Source: Rhina ancylostomus (Eukaryota). Taken from it: 63,900 nucleotides of DNA. The notes under the pieces are model-generated. The model did no database searches and was not told the origin of the DNA. It worked only from the letters and a program-made list of their open reading frames with translations. The stretch is taken from contig JARFYF010000046.1 of assembly GCA_030265395.1 (NCBI GenBank), forward strand, positions 21,222,925 to 21,286,824, written 5' to 3'. The translations under genes were made by a program, and so were the position numbers. Shown here piece after piece: positions 1-14,345 of the stretch (its first letter is position 1; the number at the start of each line of letters is the position of its first letter).

Positions 1-2249
1 CTGAAATCCAAACAGATGATGCTGTCGTCTTGTGCTTAAGCTTCTAAGTTACCAACATCACTGCTAACCGTCGTGAAATAGGTTACGGAACTCGTTTGCA
101 ATAAGTTACAGATATTTGTAATGGTAAATTAATGTTGCTCATCCAATATTTAGTTTTGAACTTTGAGATGCTGCTTGAGAATAGCTAAAAATAATTGTAA
201 AATTAATTACAAAAGGTGTAGGCTCAGAACTGCAAGGACCTTAAACTTCATTGATTATTCTCTTTACAGTGTTTTCAAATCTGTGAACCCAGTATCTGCT
301 GATGGCTGGACATCCCAGGTAACTATTCTCTTTTCTTATGGTTTATATCCTTCTGCTTCATTAAACATTGCTTCAACATTAATGTTGAATCACATGTCAC
401 CATTTCATGATAATTAGCCACTCAGTAAGAGGTGCCAGAATGCATTTCCCAAAGGAACTTTGTAATGGCATTCCATTGAAATCATCTAAGCTCATTTGAT
501 GTGCAGAGTGATGACCAGATTGAAGAATAATTATTTCCTGCTGCCCAGGATAGGAAAAAAGATAACAAGGATTATCTGCCAGAGAAAGAGATGACCCTTC
601 CACCCTAGAAGAGATGTTTACAAGAGAAACCAAATGCATATGCAGAGATGGGTAAGATTGCAGTTCTTTTCTCCAGTCTAATCTGTTCCATGTCAAATCG
701 GATAAGCATGCACAGAAATCCAAACGTACTAAATATTTTGCTCTTCTCCTGAATCAAGTGGGACTAGGACAAGGTGGGATATTTTATTTCTTATTCCAGA
801 TATAATTATCAAGGAACCCTCTCCACCTCTAAACATTTGGGTACATTGAGATAATGAGTCATACAGCATAGAAATGGGTCCTTTGGCCCACTATTGACCA
901 TCAAGCACCTATTTATGCTAATCCAATTATATTCTCTCCACACTGCCTTCAACTCTCCCTATCTTTTACCACACATCTGCATATGCAGGGTAAATTAGAG
1001 AAGCCAATTAATATACCAGTTGTTTGGGTGGTTTTGAATGATGAGGAATGTTAGTCAGGACAAGGCCAACTCCTTAACTTTTTGATGCTCACATGGACAT
1101 CTGTGCCACCAGAGGTATAACACTTGTGAAGGTGCAGTACTCCCTCATTAGCACTCTAGGTCTTGGATTTTGCACCAAGTCAGATGTAAGAGTTAAAACA
1201 AAATTTGTTTCAATATATTCAGTCATTATTTTACCCAAACTGTGTGGGCTACCAGAATGCTTTCTGCCTGTCAAGGTGGGCTTCCAGTGTGAAATATTGC
1301 ATTAAAAATGTTAATATTAAACCTGTAGTGTTGCTCTGTTTAAAGTGAAATGTTATACATTCCTGATTGAAGGACTCGTATTTTAGTTGATGGAAGTTGC
1401 ATTTTGAGATAGGAATTAAGAATATTATGGGAGAAGCCAAATGTGCTTAACAGCTCCAATAAAAAAAGATGAGAACTTGGTATGGGTGTGTAAAACATCA
1501 TGCAGCAAGGAACAGTGATTGCTCTAACACCTTAGAGTCTATAGCTGATGTCAATGGGAGAAAAGGGTAACTTGCTGTTCCATTTACACTGGCTATAGCC
1601 GTATAAGGTAAGATTCTGACAAGTGCGCTTATAATGTGAAAATGTGGAGTTTTATGATGTGCATATCTTCCTCTATTCTGTCCGACCTTTTTTCCACAAT
1701 CTAGACCTTCCACTATTTTCTTCGTTTTGGCATTATTTTGTTTCTGCTGAACTTCATTGTTTTATGTCCATGTTAAAATGCTTTCCATCACCTGTCCTTC
1801 AAGATCAATCCGTAAAACTTTCAGACAAATATTGAGTAACATCATGTGATTTTCATCTAGAATGAGAACCCCTTTTCAATATTGTCAAGTGAAAGAACAT
1901 CTAAACACTGTGGAGTGAGGGACTCTATGAACTAAACATGCAAACATATCAACACGCAAATGTACAAACATGTAAATGCATGAATCAGCAGCAGGAGGAG
2001 TGGGTTGCTTGGTCCCTCAAACCTGCTCCACCATTTGATAGGATTATGGCTGATCTGATTGCAACTTTAACTCTGCGTTTTCCGCATCAAAAGTTCACTG
2101 CCTTTCTTATCAATTATCTATCTATCTCAACCTGAAGAATGACTGAGTACTGTCTGTGCCAGTAAGCATTGCAAGAAGTTAGGCTTTAAATTCAATTACC
2201 TTGGAAAAGCTAATAAATAGGAATTGTTTTTAGTACTTGAAACTCAAAA

Positions 2250-2855
2250 AGATACAGCAGGTAAGAAGCAAAACTAATGAAATTTTGGGTTTATTAGCTA
2301 TGGAGTATAAAAGTGGAGAAGTCTTGATGCAAATTTACATGGCCTAGTGAGACTGCACCTGTAGTACTGTGTGTAGTTTTGGTTTTTATATTTAATGAAA
2401 GATGTACTGGCATTGGAGGCTGTGCAGAAAGGGTTCACTGGGGGGTTAATTCATGGGATGAAGGGGTTGATGTATGTAGGAAGGTTGAGCAGGTTAGCCT
2501 GTATTTATTGGACTACAGAAGAAAGAGAGAATCTTATGGAAACACAAGCTTTCGAGGTGGATTGAAAGGGTGAATACTGAGAGACCATGTTCCCTGGTGG
2601 GCTATTCTAGAAATAGGAGCAAGGGGTCATCTGTTTAAGATGGANNNNNNNNNNAATGTCTGAAATTCTCTACCCCAAAAAGCTGTGGAGGGAGAGCTAT
2701 TGAATATATTCAGGGCAAAAACCGACAGACACCTACAGCACAAGGGTGTTGGGAGGTATGTGGAAAGTGGTGTTGAGGCCAGGATTGGATCAGCCATGAT
2801 CTTATTGAATGATGGGACAGTGATTTGAGGGGCCGAATGGCCTACTCCTGTTTAT
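2250..2855 (+). mobile_element. Degenerate CR1-type LINE 3' fragment
   Basis: ctagtgagactgcacctgtagtactgtgtgtagttttggt resembles the CR1 ORF2 motif LVRPHLEYCVQFW; ends in a gggccgaatggcctactcctg tail. Confidence 0.75.
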
Positions 2856-5039
2856 GACATTATTTCCCTTTTTTTTCATTGTTGATATTGGGCAATTGCT
2901 TCATCCTCTGAAGTGGCAATTGCCCATTTTTAATATTGTTTGTAACATTAATAATTTTCAGCCAGTATATTCTTTAACAATCTTTCTGCACAACAGGCAT
3001 TTGCAGTATATCAGTTCTAGGGGAAAGTCTTTTTAAATCAAAATAATCTACAAATGTAAAATAAATCAAAACCTAATTAACATAACATGTAATTCATTAT
3101 TTCTAACAGCATGATTAATGTACAGAAACAGCTGTTGAGTGTATCCAGCATCGAACACTCCCATTTAAACACATTAACCAGTTGGTTATTTTTCGAGAGA
3201 GACATTTATGCAGTGGGAGTTTTACCACGAGCCATAAAGAAAATAAACAAATTAAGATAGTGAGGTTTAAGTGTACAACAGTAATAACTTCCTTTCTAGG
3301 CTGATTATTTTTCAAATCTGACTTGTGTAGCAAGTAGCTTGGCAGAGAGAAGGAGTAGTGTGTGTCCATGGCGATAGATGTATGCTAGTTTGGAATACAA
3401 TTAATGATGTGAAGGAATTTTTGATGTAATGGCATTCCTCTGGGAAGTTGCTTAATCATTTACATCCCGAACTATGCTTCTTCTTTTGTTGGTCTTTTGT
3501 CTTTCCCCTCCACTCAAAAAGCAAAGGATACTTTAAAATGCTGGTGATAGAAGACCACTTAGATTCACAAAATTGGCCATCTAAAGTTTTACATAAATAT
3601 GATACGAAGATTTTATATTTTGAAATTAGATTAAGCTCTGCTTCCACCACATTCCTGGCAAGCTTCATAAAGACTGGAATTGTGCTTGGGTTTGTAATGA
3701 AAGTAAATTTCTGCTGAAGTCTTTGTCTTTATTCTCCATATTGAGCTTTGAAAATAGCTGTTCTCACATTGGTACTGGAATATTTGAAAACATTTTGGAA
3801 GCTAAGTTGTTTAAGAAACTGTTTGTTGTACAACTGGAAATACCTAAATAAATTTACATTGATTAACATGTTAATCAGTGTTCATTTTAGTTCAATTTGC
3901 AGTTATTTTGATGATCCGTGGATCAAATTTCATAGGTGCACTCTTCTGTGCTATTTATTGCAGGGTAGGCAGTACCTTACGGTCATGCTGTCTGCTCTTG
4001 CAGCTGATTTCTGCCTGCAGCCAACACTTAGCCACATTTTCATATGTGAGCATATTGTTGGGAGAGCCAATATGATGAGAGTCTTTTGCTGCTTAAAGGC
4101 ACCCCTGGATCTCATAGATGAGAGATGCCTCTTGGTTCCAAAAAGTGTTGGGAGTTGTTTTTAAAACTGAATCATGGCTGAGATTCTTTGAGCAGTTGCT
4201 AAATGTGCAAGAGAGCGAGAAACGAGGATTGCAAGTGCACTGGGAGTTTTGATGGACCCAGTGAACAGCAGAGATGCCCTCTACCTGTGGGGGAACAGAT
4301 TGCCTTCTGAGCTTGTGTCTGGAGGGCATCAATTCAAAAGCAATTGTCCCACAAATGTGGGTACAGTGCCAGAAGCAATATAAAAACTTCACAGAAGTTG
4401 TCAAGGTTAGTGACTGCTTCCTTAAATGTCTTATTCTATAACCCGCACAAGTAGCCTCAACCATTGCTTGATTTACGATTGCTAACTTCAGTCACTTAAC
4501 CAGTAATCATCATTACCCAGCTCTACATACTGATGTTACTTCAACCTTCTGCATGCAGCACAATTGCAAACCTCAAACCCCAGCTATAACAGCCACCTCA
4601 CACACAGTGCTCATTGATGCTGTCCCTTTTCCTTGCAGGAGATAATGGTGCATCACAGCAGGCTGCACAAGAATTGGAGGNNNNNNNNNNAATCTATGGA
4701 TCTAAACTTCCTCCCGTCTTGCTTGTGCCCTGGTCTCTTGGTGAGGGGGTTCCAGTTTGTCTAAGGATACTCTTATTCCTCTCCTCTCAGCACAACCGAG
4801 CTCTCATCACTTTTTCACATCAGATATCCAAGATCTGGAAGCTGTCCAGAAGAGGAGAGAGAAGATGCTGAGCTACCAGTTAGATTACTGATGTATGTGT
4901 GAGAGGTTACTAGAGGGGAGCCATTCTCACATGGTGGCATGAGAACAAGACCCAGGACAAGGAAGAAGATAACACAAGTGCCAGCTCACTGAAAGTTGCA
5001 CATTCCTCCTGAGGACTTTGAAATCAGGCAACAGAGAAG

Positions 5040-5255
5040 GTTGAAAATCAAAAAACTGCAGATGCTGGAAATTTGAAATAGAAACAGAAAATACTGGAAA
5101 CATTCAGCAGTCAGGCAGCATCTTGGAAGGAGAAACAATTATTAATTCACATCAAAGAGTCTTCATCAGAATTTGCCGTAAGCTGATGCAGGGTTTTTGA
5201 TTTGAAACATTAACCCAGTTTCCACACTGAGTGCTTCCACCATTTTCTGCTTGTT
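5040..5255. repeat. Inverted pair of Penelope-derived terminal repeats
   Basis: ctgcagatgctggaaat...cagcagtcaggcagcatc arm followed by a reverse-oriented arm. The same family occurs at ~14770-14940, 16510-16685, 17875-18030, 20510-20750, 25300-25435 and 54865-55110. Confidence 0.7.
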
Positions 5256-7124
5256 TTAGCAGATTGATATGTGTACACAACCAAACGCTGCTGCCCCAGG
5301 AAGCCTTGGAGAAAACTTGTGTTCAGTGTTGAAGCGCACAGGGCTTTCTGCAAACTTTCTCACGTGCCTTCTCCTCCCACTACCTCTTCCTCCAGAGCAC
5401 GTGTATTGGTCTGGGGGGCGTTGCACCTTGGTCGTGCTCAGATCTGTGCCCAGCCCGGCCACATCCCTCAATGAATCTTCCACCATGTATGTGCAAATGC
5501 AGGGGAAGCAGATCAGAGAAGAAGCACCAGGAGAGCCAAAGAGTAAGACAAAGCACAGGAGAATTAGGTTATCTTTGTATGCATAATAACAGTTAATATA
5601 TAATTTTGCATTAAGCTGTGCATTTGCTGATGGCACTTTGTGTTATCAGAAAAAGAACAATGTGGTAACGAGATGATTAGTACCACGTGGACGGTAAGGA
5701 GGGTGGGAGTGTTGGTGAATTTTGGACAAGGTCACTGATACCACTACTTGAATCATTTGATTCTGTCGGGAGCAGGGAGGAAGGAGTCGTCAGTGTTGCA
5801 TTCTCTCCTTTTCCCTTTTCCTCTGCTTCCTGATGTCCTTGCTGCTCCTCCTTCATTGTCTCCTCTTCCTTTCATCACTTCACCCTGAATTTCTGTGATC
5901 GGAGAGCAGTAGTGAGCTCCCTTAAGCAACAATGCATTGCAGACTCTGAAATGTTGCACCTTCATCAGCTGCTTAGGTGGAGCCAGGAATCCGAAAGCTT
6001 CGCCGCAGGTATCTTGACAGTCACCGGCAATGCAGACCTCGCCCAGGTTTGAGGTTGCGGTTGAGGGTATGGAGGTTGGCAGATTTCAGAGACAACATTG
6101 TCGGTGAAGCAAAGTTCAAGCAATGGCCCTTGAAAATTGAGTACAGCGCAGGAACAGGCCCTTCAACCCACAATGTCTCTGCCGGCCATGATGCCAATCA
6201 GAACTAATCCCATCTGCCTGCACATGGACAATAGCTCTCCATTCCCTGTCCGTTCATGTGTTGGGGGAATTGCTCGTCNNNNNNNNNNNNNNNNNNNNNN
6301 NNNNNNNNNNNNNNNNNNNNNNNNNNNNNNNNNNNNNNNNNNNNNNNNNNNNNNNNNNNNNNNNNNNNNNNNNNNNNNATGGCTCGTCAGTGATTCAGTC
6401 CAGAAATGACTGCCTGCTGGGAGCCTTTTCTCCCCCTTCTCCTCATCCCTCCTCCAGTAGCCCCTTATTTATTCTTGCTCGATTCCAAGGCCTGCTGGAT
6501 CACCTGTATCTGGACAAGCCTTTAAACCAACAAAAAAGTACTCTGGTATAAGTTAGACAAGTCTGACCATTAAAAGTTGAGACACGCTGAGGAAAGCTAC
6601 AGAATTGCACCAGCAGCTGGGGAAAAAGGATCCAGTGATCGACCTGTTAGTAGGTCATGATCCCTTTAAATGATGTTGATATTGTGGAAAGGTAAGAAAA
6701 TTTGAAGTTCAAAGGTGGCTGTATATTGTTAGACCTGCACTGGACACTGATGCAGTAACCTCGTATTTCATTGTGACATGGAAAATGGCTGTTTAGCCTG
6801 TCACAACTAGGCTGGCTCTCAGTGCATTCTCCTGTATTCCATTTACCCACTGCCTGCTTTGTATCCTGCCTCCAGTTGTTGGGTGTATGAACGCAAACAA
6901 CTGCACCAAAGTGACAACATGCGACTGTTCCATTGGAAATGTTTGTTAGCAATTTGGACTAAATTTTTTAACCTTTCGGGGACATATAAGTGTCTAAAAA
7001 GATGGATGCCACAAAGCGCAATTATACTCTGACTCTAAAGATAACTATTTTCAATGTTCGTATGTCTGTTTATTTACTGTTAGTTAGGTTCTCCATTTTA
7101 TATTTTCCCCCATGCAATTCTTAG

Positions 7125-7194
7125 CCACCACTTGGGAGAAAAGCAGAGCTCCTCTTGCCGGAACTTACGAGGGGACCCCAATTTTTCACGTCAG
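7125..7194 (+). CDS. CUX2: Probable small CUX2 coding exon upstream of the CUT1 exon (PPLGRKAELLLPELTRGPQFFTS)
   Basis: Pyrimidine tract and ttag| acceptor, 70-nt open frame, CAG|gtagac donor. Ends in phase 1, matching the phase-1 start of the next exon (G|AT = Asp). The peptide is not clearly recognisable. Confidence 0.5.
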
Positions 7195-7324
7195 GTAGAC
7201 AAGTGTCCTCAGTTGGAATCAGGGTGGCTCAGTCTCAGAATACTTGTACTGGTGGAGCAGAGGTTTTAGTTGGTGAATTTTGGGTTCCTATTCACTTTGT
7301 AATTAGGCAACCAGTTAGTATCAT

Positions 7325-7680
7325 AGAACATAGACATAGAACGCTACAGCACGTACTGGCCCTTCAGCCCACAATGTTGTGCCAACATTTTATCCTGCTC
7401 TAAGATCAATCTAACCCTTCCCCCCCCACATAGCCCCCTATTTTTCTATCATTCATGTGTCTGTCTAGGAGTCTCTTAAATGTCCCTACNNNNNNNNNNN
7501 NNNNNNNNNNNNNNNNNNNNNNNNTGTGTAAAAAAACTTACCCCTGACATCCCCCTTATACCTTCTTCCAATCACCTTAAAATTATGCCCCCTTGTGTTA
7601 GTCATTGTCGCACTGGAAAAAAGTCTCTGACTGTCCACTCGATCTATGCCTTTTATCATCTTGTACACCTTTATCATTTA
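7325..7680 (-). mobile_element. CR1-type LINE 3' fragment
   Basis: Minus frame IKVYKMIKGIDRVDSQRLF...NTRGHNFKV...DVRGKFF is the typical CR1 ORF2 C-terminus, followed by a ctatgttcta-like tail. Confidence 0.85.
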
Positions 7681-8090
7681 GGACTTTCAAAGCTCTACAT
7701 AAAAGGGCCAATACAATTTGAGTTTACACTTCCAGCAGGAAGCTCTGCCCATCATCGGCAGCATATTTCAGAAACTTAATCATGCACAGATCACTATTTC
7801 CTGGAGTTAAACAAGTAGAATGTTATGCACGGCATGTGCCCAGGTACCTAACCTGCTGCTGATGGACAAGGTTCTTCATCTGCAGTGTCAACACATGAAG
7901 TTGCCCCACCGAGAGAACTTTCAATTGGAGATGTTCCCCGCACCTGCAGTCTTGACCCGTCAGATATGTTCTGAATCCAGCAGATTATTCCGTCTCTATC
8001 GCTGTCGCTCGATTGGGTGATGTATGTGTGTGAGTGAAATTGTGCCTGTGAATGGAGAAATTGATTTAAACCACTCCTTGTATCCTGCAG

Positions 8091-8759
8091 ATGAGGTGCA
8101 ACCTGAAGAAGATGCCATGAAAGATCCTCTGAATGGTTTGAAGGATACCTCAAGCATTGAGCATTCTTCACCATCTCCTCAGCCAGTTCCACATTGGTCC
8201 AGAGATGAACAAGCCTCTCCAAAGGCCATACCAGCACATGTTTCAACCCAAGGACTTGACACATTAGGAACACTTCCCCTCTCTCCAATCCCCTTAGTTA
8301 AAACAAGTGAGAAACCCTCTGCAGAGCCTCTGCACCACAGGCCAATGATGTCTCCTTTGTACTCAAAAGAAGCTGTAAATACAGTTGTTTACCCAACTGC
8401 ACTCTACTCTGCCAAGGGAGCCCTAATCGTAGGGAACAGTTCCAGCAACAGTGAAGCTGTTCCACCAAGTGACCAGTCAGAAGGCAGCAGTTCGAGTGCT
8501 GGTGATGAGGAATATCTAGAGACAGCTGACATTGCTTTTCAGGTTAAAGACCAGCTGCTGAAGCACAACATTGGGCAACGTGTCTTTGGACACTATGTCC
8601 TGGGATTATCACAAGGATCTGTCAGTGAGATTCTTGCCAGACCCAAACCATGGCATAAGCTTACTGTTAAAGGGAAGGAGCCTTTTATTAAGATGAAGCA
8701 GTTTTTATCTGATGAGCAAAATATCCTTGCCCTTCGAACTATTCAGGTGCGACAGAGAG
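8091..8759 (+). CDS. CUX2: CUX2 exon encoding CUT domain 1
   Basis: cctgcag| acceptor. Encodes [82 protein letters not shown]|gtatgt donor. Confidence 0.95.
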
Positions 8760-9791
8760 GTATGTACACAGGCTAACGTCGCCTTTCTGTTGGAATGAAA
8801 CTTGGAATAATAAAGTTTGAGTGCTGCTGTGTATCAGAGCACGTTGTTAAAACAGACATTGGAGTGGTACAGCTTCACATGACAAAGTATGTCGAGGAGC
8901 TGAATACAAAAGAGATAAATAACTTAAACTAGGATGCAATTAGACCCAAAATAAAAACAAGTGAACAAGTGCTTGAAACACTCAGCAGGCTGGGCAGCAT
9001 CTGCGGAAAGAGAGGTAACATTTCAGTTTGAGACCCTTCCATAACAGTTATTGAGCTTGTAGATTTTAAGGAAGCTTTCAAATTAATTTATGTTGTGACA
9101 TAAAGGTTTAAAACTCATCTAATTTTGCGGGAGAGCTTTGAACTCTTAAAGCTGAATTCAGAACTGAGCTGGTTCCACATCAGAGCCTGCAGACCTTCTG
9201 TTTTACACACACTAAGCTACAGCGACATGGACAAATCATGGTGGCCACATCCAATCTCAAGCAGCAACCAGTGGACAGCTTTAGTTTAAAGGCTTGAACA
9301 GATTTTTCTCCACTATGCCAATGTTCTTTAATTTCTAATATTCAATTATTATAAGTAGCATCCAGCTGCTGATCAATAACCCTCTCGTACACATGGAGTA
9401 CATTACTTGTCTTCTTGCATATGCATCTTGTAGTGATCCTTCACAATGACTATTCATCTGGGCACAGTTTCCAGAGCAAGTTATGTCACCAGATTATGTT
9501 TTACCAAATCATCTGAAACATCCTAGCACCAAACAGTTGGGGGGGGGGGGAAGAAAGAAAACAAATGAAATATTTTAAAAGTACACTTTACAAAATCATC
9601 CAGAAGCTGAAATCTTTTAAAGACATTGTTGAGTTTTTTAAAAAACTAAACTTTTGAGAGACCTAATTCCAGTGCAGTGAAGGTGATAATGAAATCAAGC
9701 CCTTTGTTCATTTTTTTGTCTTCTAAATTACATGGATAAAGTGCAGGAAGTAGTTTTCATGCATCATGTTTGTGATTTTTCTTTTTTGCAG

Positions 9792-9893
9792 GGAGTATTA
9801 CTCCCAGGATTCGGACACCAGAGACTGGATCAGATGATGCCATTAAAAATATCCTGGAGCAGGCAAAGAAAGAGCTTCAGACTCAAAAATCTG
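9792..9893 (+). CDS. CUX2: CUX2 exon ([34 protein letters not shown])
   Basis: tttgcag| acceptor and G|gtgagt donor, 102 nt, phase 1-1. The peptide is the conserved CUX2 segment after CUT1; this frame is absent from the ORF track. Confidence 0.95.
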
Positions 9894-10414
9894 GTGAGTA
9901 ATTGGGGAAAATAAACTAATCCAAATGTACTTAAATTAATAAGATTGTTCCTTAGAGCTCTGACATGCAGGTCATTAAAACTTAACCATGTGAAAGCAAA
10001 TGATATGTTCATGGAGAAGTTTATCAGTTGACAGGCTTTTAAATCATAACTATCAATGTTCTGAGTATCTAATTTGAGAAATCTAATCCAATGTCTAAAT
10101 GCGTGTGGACAAAGCTGTTACTGAGTTTTGTGTTAAGGATGTATCCGTGGGAATAAGTTGGAACAAGGCAGCAGATTGGAAGTAGTGAAGTCCCCTCGCG
10201 ATGTATTTTTGGAGAGCTTTGAATTTCTGTACTCACTTCATGTCCACAGTTCCTTTGCATCTTGGAAATTTTTTTTTTCTGCATTTTGTGCACTGTACTT
10301 TGGGTTTGGCTAAGGCACAACTTCCACTCATATTTGGAAAGAAAATAGTTATTATTACTTGAGCAAAAGAATGCTTTTAAAAAAGCACTGACTTTCTTTT
10401 TTTTTCCTTTTTAG

Positions 10415-11175
10415 TTGAATCTAAAAGCTCTCCCTTGCCGGTGTGCAGTACAAGTTCCAGCAGTAGTGCTGGTTCTGATGAAGCAATTCGTTCTATCCTG
10501 GAGCAGGCCCGTCGAGAGATGCAGGCCCAGCAGCAAGTTCTGCTGGAGATGGAGACCAGTAGCAGCAACAGCAATGCAGTGACAACTCCACATGTAGAAA
10601 CCTTACCAGCCACGAACAAAGTTCCTCTTTCCTCTTCCATTAAACAAGAGGAAGGCATTGCAACTAAAAGTTCACAGACTCCTCTCAGTGTAGTATCACC
10701 TGCAGCCTTTGTACAGAGCATAATACGAAAGGTGAAGTCAGAAATTGGTGATGCTGGATCATACTTTGACCAGCACTGGGCCACTGACAGGAATGTGGCT
10801 CACAGGTTGTATGCTTCAGTATCGCCCTCACCGTCATCCTCTTCCTGCGGCTCGTCTGGGACGGGAACCGTTCGACAGTGGCGAGCAGAAGCCAGTGAGA
10901 ATAGCAAAAATGGTGAGGAGCAGCCAGCCAGCTTTGAAGGTACAAATAAACTTGCAGACGTAAAATCTGAAGGCAGCCCAGACTCTCAAAGTATGGGACA
11001 ACTTTCTGTATTCCCCACTTACGTTCCACGTTCGCTGAAACCAACAGTACCTCCACTGACTCCAGAGCAGTACGAAATGTACATGTACCGGGAGGTGGAC
11101 ACTCTGGAATTGACCAGACAAGTTAAAGAAAAGCTGGCCAAAAATGGGATCTGCCAGAGAATCTTTGGTGAAAAG
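10415..11175 (+). CDS. CUX2: CUX2 exon: linker and N-terminal half of CUT domain 2
   Basis: Long T tract and ttag| acceptor. Encodes [78 protein letters not shown]|gtaaga donor. Confidence 0.95.
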
Positions 11176-11394
11176 GTAAGAGACGATATGAATTAATTTA
11201 AAGTGTGTCTCCTGCTGTACCAAGCTGAAAAGAGCATGTGTGATGTTCATTGAAGAGGAGCAGTTAGAGTTCATAATTATTCTTAGGAGAACAACAGTCT
11301 CTGCTGTCATGTTTCAGGTTCAGTTACTATGAGGGGAATACAGTGAGCTTTGTGCGAGGACAGGTACCGTCCAGTGCCATACAGTTACCACACA

Positions 11395-12190
11395 AGCATA
11401 AGAAGCAGTAGCAGGCCTGCAGCCTCTGGTGCCTGCTCAGCCAGTCAGTAAAATCCTGGCTGAACTTCTCAGCCAAGCTACATTTTCTTGCACTAACCCC
11501 ATGACCCTTGATTCAATCAATATCCAAATATTTATTGATCTCTGACTTGAATATACCCAGTGACTGGTCCTCCACAGCTACCTTAAGGAAAGAATTTCAA
11601 AGGTTATTCTTTTCTTCTCAGTGCTGAATAACAGACTCATTATTCTGAGACAGGCTGTTGACACCCCACCCAGGGGAAGAGGAATTCCTGCATCTGCACT
11701 GTCAAGCCCTCAGTTTCTCCTGAATTTGAGGGTATCAGACCAGTTTGCTTTAATTTCTCCCCGAGGATAAAGCCCACCACTAGCCACCATCCCAGGTATT
11801 AATCAGGTGAATATTTGCTGCACTCCCACTGTCACATTTATCCTTTGGTCAGGAGACTAGAGGTACACACGATTCCATGTGCAGTCACATGCCCTTTATA
11901 CCACAGTGAGGCTCTTTATTCTTGTACTCTCATCCATTTGCAATAACATACTGTTTGCATCTCTAATTGCTTGAGGTCCTGGGCAGTAACTACCAGTGAT
12001 TTGTGTCCAAGAACACCCAGGTCCCTCTGAATATCAGCGGCTTTCCATCTCTGCCTATCTATTTTTTTCTACCAAAGTGGATGACCTCACACTTTTCCAC
12101 TTTATATTTCATCTGCCATGTCCTCCCCGTGGCCTGTCTGTATCACTTTGTAGCCCCTCTGCGTTTTCCTTACAAACCATCCAGCAATCC
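11395..12190 (-). mobile_element. Old CR1-type LINE fragment
   Basis: Resembles the reverse complement of the 2250-2855 element; heavily degenerate. Confidence 0.65.
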
Positions 12191-13747
12191 AGCTGAGGTA
12201 TCATCACTGAAGGGATAAGCTAGTGAGATTTGGAAGAGGGGTAGGTGCCAGCCAGCAGTGTACAGTGGTTACCTTTTGACTGTTACTGCAAACAACAATG
12301 CAGGAGTGATGGGGTTATGAACAAAAGCCTGCTTTTGCAAGGGCTGGAATCACCATGTCTCTTAAGCTATTGGTATTATTGCTTCCATCCAGGGAACATA
12401 AATCATAGTTGTCTGCTTGCCTTCTTGTTTCCAACATTAATTTTGATCCAAATGCGTCTGTTGTAGTTCCACTGCTGCCATTGGAGATTCATGGCTTAAC
12501 CGAGGGAGCAACACAAGATATTCAATGTACTTCGTGTTGCTATCTATTTTAGCTGAAGTCTCATCCTGGACCATTGTACACTTGTATTCCCATCTCCACC
12601 TTGGTTGATACTGGCACATGAGCCTTTAATTTGGGTTTCAGCTTCTATGGGACCAGTACTTGTCTCGGGGAAGAGAAATGAACTGGGGCTAGGAGTCGCC
12701 ATGTGTGTTGAAAGGTCACAAAAGGAGTTGTATCAATGCCTTTGTGGAAATGCTGTGGGTCCAGATTATATAACTCTCTCACCTCTGGAACATTTGGCAG
12801 GAAGAATGGGGAAAAATAAATTTTGCTGCTTATTTAGAATCTGCCACAGATCCTTGAAACCATCAAGGGTGTTGGGTTTGTTGGGTCTTTTTGTTTAATT
12901 GGTTGTCTTGTGAGGAAGTCGGGACAGCAGTTTAACGGTGTGATTTGAAAATTAGATGTTACTTAATAGCAATTGATTACACTGGCTTTCAATAATTCTT
13001 TGATATTCACTCACTCGGTGCTTCTGTCTAGGTGCTCTTGGTTCCCAAATGTACACAATTTTGATTGCAATTGCGGAATTACACTGCACCTCCTGATATC
13101 TGAAATATTTAAATACACGTTACCTTGCATGTGTAAGCAGAGACCTACAGTGGCAGCAATCCGTGCTCACTGCTGATTGTGTGTTTGCCCCATCACATTG
13201 GGCAGCCTGTGTACAGTTAGTACACAGCTGGTATGAGTGACTCCTGTTAATATCTTCTGTTTTCCAGCACTTTTTTTTAAAGTAGTGTTTCTAATCTAAT
13301 TATGAGACCTTAGCTGAAGAGAAATGATTATTCTAATGCTATATCAGTTTGAAACCTACTGAGCTATAAAGCAAATTTTTTATGCTTCTGTTTCTCACTG
13401 GTCTCCTCAAAACAGCAACTAATAAACTTGTCCAAACCCATCGCTTTTAGTAATCTATCTTCACTGCAATGAAAAGCATGCTCACCTGATGCAAAACTGT
13501 GAAGAATATTCATTTGTCAGAAGCTAAACATCTATAAGTGGATTTCCTATAATGCAGGAGTAATATGATGGATAAGACTAAAAATCCATTTAAATGCTGC
13601 AATAAAATCCACAGAGCGATGGGATCGTCACTCTCCTGTAAAATAATCTGTCCCTTATAACGTATTCCCATTTCAGTAAAGCTATTAACAGGACAGGATT
13701 GAAGGTTGGAAAATAATTTGTTTCCCTTCATCTTTCCTCTGTGTCAG

Positions 13748-13907
13748 GTGCTGGGCCTGTCCCAGGGTAGCGTGAGTGATATGCTGTCTAGACCCAAGCC
13801 ATGGAGTAAGCTAACTCAGAAAGGCCGCGAGCCATTCATCCGCATGCAGCTGTGGCTTATTGATAAGTTAGGCCAGAACGCTACACACCCTGCACAACCC
13901 ATACAAG
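13748..13907 (+). CDS. CUX2: CUX2 exon: C-terminal half of CUT domain 2
   Basis: gtgtcag| acceptor. Encodes [38 protein letters not shown]|gtaaga donor. Confidence 0.95.
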
Positions 13908-14049
13908 GTAAGAGATTTTATTTTTCTGTTATGAATTCTGAAACCATTATGGTAACTTGATCATTAACCAAGTAAGGTAGGTACATAACACGGTCTCTGC
14001 CTGAATCTAAAATGACGTAGAATTTTCATGAAGCATCAGATATCTTTCA

Positions 14050-14345
14050 ATTGCTTATGCGAGTCTTCCTTGGAGTATCAGGCACAGGGGAACACCACTA
14101 CCTGCAGGTTCCCTCCGAGTCTCTCTCAATCCTAATGTGGAAATGTATCACTGGTCCTTCACTATCACTACATCTACTCTCTGGAACTTTCTACCCTTGA
14201 GCACTCTGGGAGCATCTTCCCCAGGACGACTGCAGTGGTTCAAGAAGACAGCTCACCCACCCACTCCTCAAGAGCCATTGGGGATGAACAATAAATGCTG
14301 GCATTGCCAGTGATATCCACATCCTGTAAAATGAATTTGTTTAAA
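14050..14345 (+). mobile_element. CR1-like LINE 3' end
   Basis: ...cagtggttcaagaagacagctcaccc...aataaatgctggcattgccagtgatatccacatcc; a related tail occurs near 36060 and related body sequence near 63700-63900. Confidence 0.6.

Noticed and set aside
7848-11310. Antisense and alternate-frame ORFs overlapping CUX2 exons (likewise 28142-28977 and 60294-61194 over PHETA1)
   Set aside because: Shadow ORFs of real coding exons.
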